In this document: positions 29,320 to 41,100 of the stretch, in pieces | Layout: each line of letters starts with the position of its first letter | How positions within the stretch are numbered: position 1 is the stretch's first letter | Assembly (NCBI GenBank): GCA_045538205.1 | Contig: JAZSQW010000003.1 | Coordinates: forward strand, 1 to 47,829 | Reading direction: 5' to 3' | Length of the DNA: 47,829 nt | From: Candidatus Avigastranaerophilus sp. | GTDB lineage: Bacteria; Cyanobacteriota; Vampirovibrionia; Gastranaerophilales; Gastranaerophilaceae | Notes under the pieces: generated by a model | Told to the model about the DNA's origin: nothing | What the model saw: the letters and a program-made list of their open reading frames with translations, nothing else | The model's database searches: none | Made by a program: the position numbers and the translations under genes

Positions 29320-29845
29320 CGGTGGTGATTTGATGTTTTTTATTAACGGAAAATCTGTAGCATTTGCTACAAGCCACAAACTGACAATTAATGCAGAGAC
29401 AGTAGAAACTTCAAGTAAAGATAGCGGTGGTAAATGGGTTACAAAATCGGTTAAGAAATTGAGTTGGAACGGTACAACAGAAAACCTTTATTCTAATGAT
29501 GGTGAAGGGGTAACTTTTGATACCTTGTTTGATTTGATGGTAGCCAGATAGCCTATTGATGCTGTATTTGCTTTGGAAGGTAACAGTTCAGATTATGCAG
29601 AAAACAAATTGGATGAAGTCCCTACAGACGGTTGGACTGCTGTAAGTGCAGGCACTAAGACTGGCAAAGTAATTATCACTTCATTAGAAGTAAATGCACC
29701 TAATGGGGATAATGCTACTTTCACCTGTAACTTTGAAGGTGTTGGGGCTTTGGTGAAAGATGGTGAAACTACTTCTGACGGAACAGGTAATACAGGTTCT
29801 TCTGGAAGTGGAACAAGTAATGATGATGGGAACAATCCTTTGTAA
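29303..29845 (+). CDS. major tail protein, TP901-1/phi13-like (recoded, TAG at 29549-29551)
   Basis: ORFs 29303 and 29573 share a frame. ...FATSHKLTINAETVETSSKDSGGKWVT... with a Gly/Ser/Thr-rich C-terminus. TAA stop and a terminator follow. Confidence 0.75.
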
Positions 29846-29851
29846 TCAAAC

Positions 29852-29888
29852 AGCCCTTTACACCTAATGAGGGTGTAAGGGGCTTTTT
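29852..29888 (+). terminator. rho-independent terminator after the major tail gene
   Basis: AGCCCTTTACACC-loop-GGGTGTAAGGGGCT followed by TTTTT. Confidence 0.7.
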
Positions 29889-29902
29889 AACTTTAACAGA
29901 CT

Positions 29903-30199
29903 ATGGAAATAATTATTATAAACAAACCGTATAAACTCAAATACACATTAAGAGCCTTATTTATCTATGAACAGATAACAGGTAAGGCTTTCAATCTCAA
30001 AACTATCACAGATGAATATTTGTTCTATTACTGTATTCTGGCTGCAAATAACCCAGAAATGGAAATGACCTTTACTGATTTCATTGATGCCATTGATGAA
30101 GATTACAGCATTATAGCGACATTCCAGAAGTTCTTAAAGCAGGAAATAGAGAAACAGAATATCTTCATTACAGATACGGACATTAAAAAAAAGTCTTGA
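29903..30199 (+). CDS. tail assembly chaperone (gpG-like)
   Basis: Position between the major tail and tape measure genes. 98 aa. Ends just after the slippery site. Confidence 0.7.
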   Translation: MEIIIINKPYKLKYTLRALFIYEQITGKAFNLKTITDEYLFYYCILAANNPEMEMTFTDFIDAIDEDYSIIATFQKFLKQEIEKQNIFITDTDIKKKS

Positions 30200-30513
30200 C
30201 CACTAAGGAAATATATTCATTACTGGTTCTGGAAGGTGGTTTGTCCCCAGATTATGTATTAGACAAAATGCAGATGTACGAACTGGAAGCCTTAATAAGC
30301 AGCCTTTACCAGAAGAACAGGGAAAGCTGGGAGCAGACAAGGCTACTGGCATACATACTGGCACAGGTGAACAGTACTAAGAAACTGAAGCCTTCAGACA
30401 TTCTTAGTTTTGTTTGGGACAATGATAATAAGGGTAACACTTCCATTAGTAATGAAGATGTAAAGAGATTAAAAGAAAGAGCAAAACAATATACAAGTAA
30501 ATATAATGGCTGA
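29903..30513 (+). CDS. tail assembly chaperone frameshift product (gpGT-like)
   Basis: A -1 shift at 30187-30193 joins frame 2 to frame 1. The downstream ORF has only a TTG start of its own. Confidence 0.55.
30187..30193 (+). other. programmed -1 frameshift slippery heptamer A_AAA_AAG
   Basis: The 0 frame reads ATT AAA AAA AAG TCT TGA. The -1 frame is open from 30187 into ORF 30196..30513. Confidence 0.65.
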
Positions 30514-32983
30514 TTTAGTGACCAGATTACTACTGAACAGTAGTAACTTTGATGATAATTTGAGAAAATCCACATAGCAGGTACAGAACTTACAAACTAC
30601 TGGAATGAAACTTAATAAGGGCTTCAGTGCTGTAGGCAGTACCATTACAAAGTTTGCTGGCTATCTTGGTATAGCCTATACTGCTGGTGAAGCATTTAAT
30701 AAGACTATCAGAAGCAGCCAGACTTTAAGTGATACCTTTGACAGCAGTATGTAGGCATTAACAACCAGTGTAGATCAGTTCTTTTATGCTTTGGGTTCTG
30801 GAGAGTTCCAAACATTCTTGAACGGATTAAGCGGTATAATAGATAAGGCACAGGAAGCATATTCAGCTATGGATTAGCTGGGTAATACCAGAATCAGTTT
30901 TGACTATACCAGTGCCCAAAATGCCAGAAACATACAGGAAGGACAAGCAGCAGCCAAAAATAAGTTTGCACCAGTAGAAGCCCGAAATGAAGGGTTTGCC
31001 CAATGGCAGAAAGCCATACAGACACAAATAGAACAGAATGAAACACTGAAGTTTGATTTGCAGAAGGCAGTTACTACAGCAGTGGAAGCTGAAATAGGCA
31101 AAGAAAACATAAGGGTTACAATGGAAGATGTGGATAAGGTACTAAAGATAGATGTTACAAACCCATAGAAAAGGGAGTAGTTAAAGAACCAGTATTCAAC
31201 CCAGTATGACGAGTATAAGGAAAAGGTAGGTAATCTGGGTAGATACACTTATAAGGATGCAGCAGGTAATACAAACATTTCATTCTGGAAACACTACACC
31301 GATGGAGAAAAGAAGATAATGGAAGATTTGGCATAGGAATACAGGGAAGCCATTATAGTTAATGCTATGCTGAACAAATATAAGGATGAAGAACTAACAG
31401 CCCTTAAAGACAATGCCAAACAGTTTGTTTCCTTGGATGCTGCTACTTATGGCTTAATCAGAGAATTTAACGAGACTGCCAACGAGTATAACAATGCAAA
31501 CAAGGCTGTAGAAGGATTCCAGAAAATTGAAAGTTTTGAAGGATATACAGCATATACACCTACAGCCACTACAACAAAGAAACCGTTAAAGACAGATGTA
31601 GTTTTGGCAGAAGGTTCACTGGCAAAGATTGAAAAGGAAATAAGCGAAAAGAACAATCAAATAAAACTGGTTACTTCAGATGAAGATAGAGCCAGAATAC
31701 AAAAGGAAATTCAGCAACTGACACAGCAGAAAGAAGAAATAGAACTTAGGCTAAAGTTCCCTGCTGATTCTATAGCTTATCTGGATAACCGATTATCAAA
31801 GCTGAAAGCGGAATATAACTTAGCCATAGACAGTGCCAGCAGGAACAAAGTACTGGATGAACTGAATGAATTAACTAAGAAGAAAAGGCTGATAGAATTT
31901 GAAGCTAAAGTAGTACAGACTACCACAGACATTAAAAAGAGTATAGCCAAAACGGAAACACCCCAAACTAACAGCAAATGGAACTTCTTAAATCCAGATT
32001 ATGATTCGGATTCTGAACAGTTGGAACAGGTGGTAGAAAAGTACCAAAGGCTTAAAACTATTAGGGATGGAATATCAGAACAGGATATAGCGGATGCTTT
32101 ACAGTTAAAGACTGATGGAGCACAGGAACTGATAGGACTGGTTAAGCAGTTGGATAGTCAGTTACAATCTTTGGAGAATACAACCGAAAATCTTAATGAT
32201 AAGCTATAGCTGAAGGATGCCCAGAAGCAGATGTAGCGATTAGAAAAAGAAATAAATGCTGGTACATACAATGCAGTAAAGACTACTGTAGGTGGGGTTC
32301 GTGATTTGGTAAGTGCCTTTACCCAGTTTGAAAACTTTAAGGATATGAGTACAGCCGAACAGTTCTTTACCATTACTGATGCCATATTCACCACCATAGA
32401 CAGTATAACCAGTATTATAGGTGCTTGGGAGACTTTGAACAAACTGCTTACAACCTTTGGAATCATTGAACAGGGTGTAACTGCTGCAAGTATAACTAAT
32501 GCCACTACAGAAGCTGCTGTAGTTACTGCTGCTGAAACTGAAAAGGCTACTGCCGTTACTGCTGGGCAAACAGCACAAACTGTAGCTACTGTTACTGGCA
32601 GTGTTACCAGAGCAACGGCACTAAAGGCAGAAATGGCTGCTGGTTCTACTGCTGCTTATGCTTATATACCTTTTGCCGGTGTAGGGCTGGCTGCTGCTTA
32701 GATTGCTACTATGTCTGCTATGATTGCTGCTGCTTCTGCTATTCCTGCTTTTGCTGAAGGTGGTATATTTGCAGGTAATCAAACTATAGGGGATTTGAAC
32801 TTAGCCAGAGTAAATGCAGGTGAAATGATTCTTAACAACAGACAGCAAAGAAACCTGTTTAACCTGCTTAATGAAAATGGTGCTTCTGGTGGAACTGCCA
32901 GCAGCAAAGTAGAATTTAAGATAAAGGGAAATGAACTTGTAGGGGTACTTAACAACTATAATAAAAGAATAAGTAAAGTATGA
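30506..32983 (+). CDS. tape measure protein, 825 aa (recoded, 9 TAG)
   Basis: Every codon from 30506 to 31367 hand-translated (6 TAG, no TAA/TGA). Same frame as ORFs 31367, 32306 and 32711. Coiled-coil middle, Ala/Gly-rich hydrophobic C-terminal part. TGA stop in an ATGA overlap. Confidence 0.85.
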
Positions 32984-35352
32984 TTTATAAAGGATAGTTT
33001 AAGAATATAGATAACCAGCTTATATCTGTGTATATTGGTACTTCTGGTGCTGATATACAGGATATAGGGGAACAGGAAATAACGACACTGTTACTGGCAG
33101 ATAACCCAGTAATCATTACTTCTGCCAGTGATGGTATCTTTGCACCTATAAAGGCTGATTCCTGTACCATAAGAATACTTACAGAAAAGATATATCCAGA
33201 CATTTATAGCAATACGGCATAGGGAACTTCTGTAATGGTTAAGAATGAAGATACTGGTGTTACTTTGTTCTTTGGATATGTAACACCTAACATCTATACT
33301 TAGGAATATGTGGGACTGGATGAACTGGAAATAGAAGCTATATCCGCTTTAAGTTCTTTGGAGTATTTGAGATTCAGCAGAAGCGGAAACAGTTTTTCCA
33401 GTTGGTACGACATTATAAAGGTATGTCTGCAAAAAACAGGATATTACAAATGCTTCTATTTCCCAGATAACTTTAACTATGAAAACACTGAAGCACTGGC
33501 ACAGCCTTTACTGAAAGTCCTGTACCAGTTTGAAAATAATTTCTTTGATGATGATTAGGAAAGCACACCTTGGACTTATAAAGAGATTCTACTAGAATTT
33601 TGCAAATTCCTAGGGGTATCACTGGTAGTATATAAATCACAGTTATATTTCATTGATTATGGATATACAGATAACAAGTATTTCAAATATGATTTAACAG
33701 ATGACAGTGTTACTGAAGTAATATTGGAAAATCTGTACACGATAACAGCAGAATCTTATAAAACAACAGGTGCAACCCTTAGTTATGATGAGACCTACAA
33801 TAAAATAACGGTAAAGGACAATCTGCTAGAATTTGATGATGTGATACCTTCTATAATGGATAATCTGATAAATCAAGCAGAAGACAGTAACCAATACTAT
33901 GAAAGCAGTATTACAATGGATGAAGTGGAATATACTGTATTAAATGCCTTTTTCAAAAGTACCCAGTGGTATCACAACCAGCCTTCGACCCTGCCACCAG
34001 AAGCCAGAAAAAGGAATATTGGTTCATACTGGCAGAAAGTAGCTGAATATGAAAAGGAGAAAGAACCCAGTGCGTTGAACTGGAAAACTTATTTCACGAT
34101 GTATGTACAGAGCCAATACAGTAACAGTGGTGGGTGTAATTATCTAATGACATATCCCTATAAAGATGTGGATTTGATATGTAACGGAGGATATTTCATT
34201 ATCAATATGGACTATAAATTAAGTAGTGATTATAGGGCAAATGATGTGCTGAAAACTGATGATAAGACCTATTCCACAGCTTCGGACTTGTCGTATAAAG
34301 ATACGCTTTTCCCTTGTCGGTTGTATGTAGGGGATTACTACTTTGATGGTGAAAAGTGGGAACATAAGAGCGAATACGAAAGGAAATTGAACAAAGGGTA
34401 CTATGCCGATTCTTCCAGTGTGTATGAAACTTATGACAAGAGTAATCCAATGTGGTACAAATACAAAGATACAGATGGTGACTGGGTGTTTACGAATAAA
34501 GAAGAATGGGAAGCTGCCACTACAGAGAAAGCTAGCGGTAGTTATGATAGCTGGTAGCACATTTTCTATAAAATGACAGGTGATGAAATGACCTACATAG
34601 ATGAAACATATTATCACGAATGTATATTAAAGGACAGATTCTATTTGGTACACATAAACGAAGATGGGGACAAAATATTTGATGAAATGAAGAGCCTAAC
34701 CAATACAGTAAGTTGGAGAATGAATATAGCAGATAGTCGGGATGGTGTTGCAATCAGACTGCCAGATTTCATACTGAATGGCAAACTTACTTTCCAGTTA
34801 TACGGTTCTAACGAACTGGGTACATATCCAGTATATTCTACGGAGTTGAGACCAGATCCAGAAAGACAGTCGGATATATGCAGGGCAGTACACATAAGTA
34901 ATTTAGAATTGTTATATAAGGCTTCTGATAGTGACGTTTCCATTTTCAACAGTTCCACAAATAAAGGGGATTCCATCTATACCAATGTGATTAATGATGA
35001 GTATGTAAATGAATGGGACGAACTGGAAATAAAAATAACAACCCAGATAGAAAACAGAATTACATCTTATTCAAGTCTTCTGCTTAAAGAAACAACTGAT
35101 GCAAATGTGACATTCTGCTATAAACTGATGGACAAAACATTAGGAGAATACAGAATACAGGAATGTAATTTAGTGGAAAAGTACTACAACCATTATAAAG
35201 AACCAAAGGCTATACTGGATGTCTGCTTACAGAATGTACTGTAGCCCTATTCACGGATAACAGAAATGAATCTGGGCAAAACATTTACTTTTGATTCTTA
35301 TGAACTGGATGTAAAAGCAGATACACTGAATGTTAAACTGATTGAATATTAA
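32980..35352 (+). CDS. distal-tail/baseplate-hub-like protein, 790 aa (recoded, 6 TAG; first TAG is codon 6)
   Basis: ORFs 33028, 33310, 33724 and 34573 share a frame. All gaps hand-translated and contain only TAG. TAA stop at 35350. Confidence 0.75.
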
Positions 35353-35354
35353 CT

Positions 35355-37985
35355 ATGGAAATAAAGAGATATTACATACCAAAATTACCCAGAAACAAAT
35401 ACACTACAACTGGTACAAATATTACTTATACTGGTACAAATGGTGGTAGTACTTCATACATCTACAATAATACCCAAACAGTAGATGTATATGATGGATT
35501 GGATAGTACATCTATAAAGAAAGCCTTATCTGCTAATTAGGGTAGAATATTGAATGAACAGATAGCAGCCAGTAATGAAATATCTACTGAATTGCAGGAA
35601 CAAATAACAGCCAATTTACAATATACAAACGACAACTTTTTAAATAAGAAAAATGAAGATACGGCTGAAAAACTGATACACTTTCTGGAGGGGATAGATG
35701 CACAGGGTATCAGCACTTTGGAAGATATTACTTTACTGGGTGATTTGATTTCCAGTAACTTTGTCAAAGATTCAAACGGCTTTGGAATCTATTAGGATGA
35801 TGAAGGCAAATACCATTTTGATATAGACTTTGTAAATGTAAGGGGAAAGTTCACTACTGAAAGTCTGGAAGTGAAGGAATCCACACACATAGGGGGAAAG
35901 ATCTACAGCACAAAGGCAGGAATGATTTGTAGCAAGGTAGAAGAATATGATACTTATTACAGATGCTATTTTAATACAACTGATGCCGATGGAAGGATAA
36001 TCAGTAACCAGTTTGCCGTGAATGATTAGGCTTTTATGCAGACTTTCAATTTGATTACTTAGGCAGATGGAAAGACTGGTAATAGAAGGTTCTGGCGGTT
36101 GGTTGAAGCTATTGGCGAAAACTACATAGACTTATCAAAGACTGATTATGAATCTGGTTCTGATGCTCCTTTGGCTGGGGATAGTATTGTACAGCTTGGA
36201 AATAGAAGTGATTCCACCAGACAGGGAGCACTGATATTAGAACCATTATCTATGAAGGTGTACAAGGGAATCAAAAGCTATGTACTGCCTACACCCTTTA
36301 TAGACTTGAACCCAGAAAAATCAGTGATAGAAGCCCAGTTAATCAATGTGGCAACTGGTGAAGATATTAATGATACCATTAACAGCATTAACAACAGGAT
36401 AGCACAGGTTAAGGAGCAATCCGATAAATGTTTCACTATCTGGATGGATGCTTATACACCGACACTGGAGAATTTACCTGCTTCTGCCTGGACTACTGAC
36501 AGTATGAAGAATGAACACTTACAGGATATATTCTATGACACCTCAAAAGAAGCTGGTTCTGGTGGAAGGGCTTACAGGTTTGAACTTAATAACGGTGTTT
36601 ACAGTTGGGTAGAGATTACGGACAAAGACACTATAGCAGCACTGGAACAAGCCAAAGCAGCAGAAGATTTAGCGGATAGCAAAAGACGGGTGTTTGTTGA
36701 ACAGCCTACTATAGATTCAGTTTATGATGTCGGAGATATTTGGGTTAATGCAAACTACAATGATGGAACTACCATCTATAAGAATGATGAATTAGTTTGT
36801 ATCACTGCTAAAACTGCTGGTATGGCTTTCAGTATTTCCCATTGGTAGCCCACTTCTACAGCTACTACTGCTTACATAGAGAACTTAGGCAATCAGATAA
36901 CACAGGCTGTAACGGATTCTAAGGATGGTATAGATGCTGCAAAAGAACTGGCATAGCAGGGAATAGACAGAGCAGAACAGGCTATAGTTTCGGCTACAGA
37001 AGCTATAGATTCGGCACTTTATGCCAATGAACTTGCAAATGATGCCTGCTACAGAGCGGAACAGGCAGAAATAGCATCTTCAGAAAATACCACAGTGATA
37101 CAGCAAACACAGGATTCAATAGTAGCACTGGCCAATAAGATTTCATTTGATGCAGATGGAAATATAGTGAACACAGACAAAAGCGGATTGGTAACTACTG
37201 CTGATTTCAATACCCTGTTATCAGAGAAAGTTTCTTTTGATGATGATGGGAATGTAACAAATGTATCTACAGCAGGATTAGTTACCACTGCCAACTTTGC
37301 CGATATGTTTGCAGAACAAACTACAGAAGATGGACTGGTAAAGAGAGCAGACATTAGCACCTTCATTACAGCAGATGAAGCTGGGGAACTGGTATCTAAT
37401 GCCACCATACAGGCAGACAAAATAAACTTCATTGGTAAAACAATGATAAACGGAAACTTTGTAGTAGATACCAGTGGTAATGTGACAATGAAAAATGCCG
37501 ATGTAACAGGAAAGATTACAGCAACAGAGGGAGAATTTAACGGAGTATTGAAAGCCAGTCTGATGTATAGTAATACGATAGCAGTTACAGGAAAAGAATA
37601 CACTATTAATCCAGAAGAAAGCCCTGCCTGCTGCTTTGTGTTTGACAATCCAAAAATATTAGGGCAGTATATCTGGCTTCCAAATGCAACCCAGTATGAC
37701 GGTTTGGAAGTGCAGTTATTCTTGAAATGGTCAGATTCCAGTTATAACTTTATGGATTATTACACAGGATTCGGGAGCAAGGCCAGTTCTATCTTTTGGG
37801 CAAGGAATGTGTATAGTATAGGGGAACTGGGAAGCAGTGTAACGGTGCAGAAATACTGTTTGGCACTATCAGAATCGGCTGCTGGTGAAAATAATGTTTT
37901 CAGAGTACTGCCTAACTGTATGTACAGACTGAAAGCAATGCTGGGGGCTTGGTATGTGGTGGAAGGATTACTGAACGGAGAGTAA
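35355..37985 (+). CDS. tail fibre / receptor-binding-like protein, 876 aa (recoded, 6 TAG)
   Basis: ORFs 35355, 35550, 36099 and 37095 share a frame. ...KKALSAN[Q]GRILNEQI... fibre-like N-terminus, coiled-coil and repeat regions. TAA stop. Confidence 0.75.
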
Positions 37986-37987
37986 CG

Positions 37988-38182
37988 ATGAAAAGAATAA
38001 CAGTAAGAATAACAGAAGCAAAGTGTGACGGTCAGCAGATGGCAGTGATACACAATCTGGAAAGTGACTGTGAACAGGTATATGAACTGAACAGGATTAT
38101 GCACGCTTTAGCATTTACACAGATAACAGTAGAACAAACAAATAAAGGGTTTACTTATGTGTTCCCTTTAAAACTATAGTAA
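37988..38182 (+). CDS. small hypothetical protein ending ...PLKL-TAG-TAA
   Basis: ATG at 37988. TAG at 38177-38179 is followed directly by TAA, so the product is nearly the same in either code. Confidence 0.5.
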
Positions 38183-38185
38183 TAT

Positions 38186-41100
38186 ATGAAACTGAATATA
38201 GGAACAAAATACACAGGGGATTATCTTACAGCAGAAGAATTTAACCAGTTAGTCAGTGCCATAAACAATTACAAGTTAGGGGAACTGACTAACGTAAATT
38301 CCACTGTGGATGAAGATGTAGAAGATGATTGTGTACTGGTAAAATATGCTGGTGAAGATACTTTTACCCTAAAGAGACTGGCAGAGATAACCACACCAGT
38401 AATAGGGCTACAAAGATACATAGCTTTGCAGAATAATATGATTAGTAAGAATGTGGCTGTAAGTAAGGGTGATAACTGTTTGTTGGATTTCACCTTTGTT
38501 TCACAGGAAAGATATTCTTCAGCAGACAAATACACTAACACAGATGAAAGGGGACTTTTGTAGGTAGCCATTAAGAACAGTACATACAGTGAATACACCA
38601 TAGTTAAGCAGGTGTACATAAACAGTGCAGAACCTACCAAACTGGATATAACGGAATATCTTACTTCCAGTTCTAATAGTGTTATGCTGAAATGTGAAGG
38701 GGAAGTTACAGGGGAAACTACTTCGGCTTTGGTTTATACGGTAACAGTAACTACACTGGGTATCAATGCGGATAATTTCAGATGGTGGTAGCCTTATTCT
38801 GGTGATATAGCCATACCATTCATTATTAGCGGTAACATTACAAAGAAACTGTTTGTGACGGTAACAGGCAATGGATATAACACTTCTTATGAAGAAAACT
38901 TAGGTACTACCACTTACACAGAAACACCGTATAACTACACAGTACCCAGACCTACAGCAGATGGAGTTTATAAGATTACGGCTTATGTAAGTAATCTGGA
39001 TGAAACATTAGTGACAAAGCAAGTTTCATTTAATGTTATTGTAGCTTCCACTGGTTCACAGAAAAAATATCTGGTTGTAAATAACGTGAATACAACCATT
39101 AAGAACTATTCGGAAAACAATGTATTGGAATATGCCGTTTATGATGGGGATTCCAGTACTACAGATTTGAACTTTACTATAGTTCTGGAAGGGAAACAGG
39201 TTTATCTATCTACTGAAGATGCAGCACCTACACAAAGCAGAAACAGCTTTACCTATCAAGCGGAAATAGAGTATGAAAGCAATTCCAATTTTGAAGTAAC
39301 TTTGGCTATTGGTGATGATGTCACAAAGAATCTGGTAACCCCCATTTCTTTAGTGGTGGATAACAGCTATTCATTTGGAAGTACAGCAGGTGCTACATTC
39401 TATATGAACCCCAGAACCAGAAGCAATGCACAAAGCAACAGGACAAAGATAGTGAATGAAGTAACTGGTGAAGAAATTGCAGCTACTTGGACTAACTTTA
39501 ACTGGGGTAATGATGTATGGCAAACAGACGATGCAGGGAACAGGGTACTTAGGGTAATGAGTAATGAAAAGCTGGTAATGGACTATTACCCATTCAAGAC
39601 AGAAGCAGCCCGAAAAGGTAAGACTATAGAAATTGATTATTTGGTAGATAATGTAATAGACTACAGCCAGCCTGTTATACAGATGTGCAGCAGTGAAGAT
39701 GAATATACAGGATTGAGAATCACCCCAGATAATATTTGCCTGTTATCCCAGTCACTGAAGAACAAGATTACACAGGCTACCAATACCGACACAGGAAAGA
39801 GAATCAGACTAACAGTAGTGATTATGCCTACAGCTTATGGAAATGCTGACTTTAATTTGGCTATCCTGTATATCAATGGTAAGAAGAACAGGGAATTTTC
39901 ATACGCTACCAATGATTATTTTGCATAGAGTTCACCAGTAACTATAGGTTCAAACTTTGCTGATGTCGATGTTTACGGAATAAGAATGTATGATATGGCA
40001 CTTACTTCATAGCAGGTGCTGAAGAACTATATAAACTGGCTTACTGACAATGCAGAGAAAGAGCAGGTAAACACTGCTAATGATGTGTTGGATATTACAG
40101 GTACGGAAGTAGATTTTGATAACACCATAGACCAGTATAACATTATGGTATTTGACAATGATTTGCCTTCTTACTTAGACCCCAACGAAAAGAAGGGTAC
40201 TTTGTCTATCTACTTCTATGAGCACCCAGAAAGAAACGTATCAATCAGTAATGTAAAAGCCAGTGGTTAGGGTACATCTTCAAAGAAGTATTTCAGATGG
40301 AACACGAAGTACAAACTGGATAAGGAAAAAACGGTTATCACTTATGCCGATGGTACAACAGGTACAAAGAAATGGCAAATGACACCAGATGTACCTGCTG
40401 CCAGTGTATTTACTGCCAAAAAGAATTTTGCATCTTCTATGCAATCTCATAAGATGGGTAGTGTTAATTCGGTGGATTTACTCTATAAGGAACTGGGGCT
40501 TACTAACGAAGCTATGGAACTGGATTCTACAAAGAGAATAGCCGTTTACCAGATGCCGTTTATAATGTTTACAAAGTCGGTAAATGAAGAGGGGGACACC
40601 GTTTATAGGTTTGAAGGTGAATATACTTTTGGTGCAGATAAAGGGGATGAAAATACTTTTGGCTATGATACTGACAAGTTCCCCAGATTGATAAGTATAG
40701 AAGGTTCTGATAATTCACCACTGCCAGCCCTGTTTAGGATTCCTTGGAGTAGCAGGATGCAGTATAATGAAGATGAAGAGGCTTTTTAGTACAACGGTTA
40801 GAACTGCTGGGATTTTGGAGGTGGAGAGGTAGAGAATATAGATTTATGGATTCCTGCCTATAATCTGGCTTATGAATGTAGCAACAGAATACGACCTTTT
40901 AACGGTACACTGGATGAACTAAATGCCGATGTAGTGACCTATAGAAGTTCTGGGTATGATTACTGGATAGCTAAAGAAGGTGATGCCAACCAATATAACC
41001 AGTACTACTATGAGAGTTCAGAAGGCAGGTTTATAGGGGCTGATACTGGTAACGGTACTATCAATCTGCTTACATAGTTGGCAGATTACATAGACACTGC

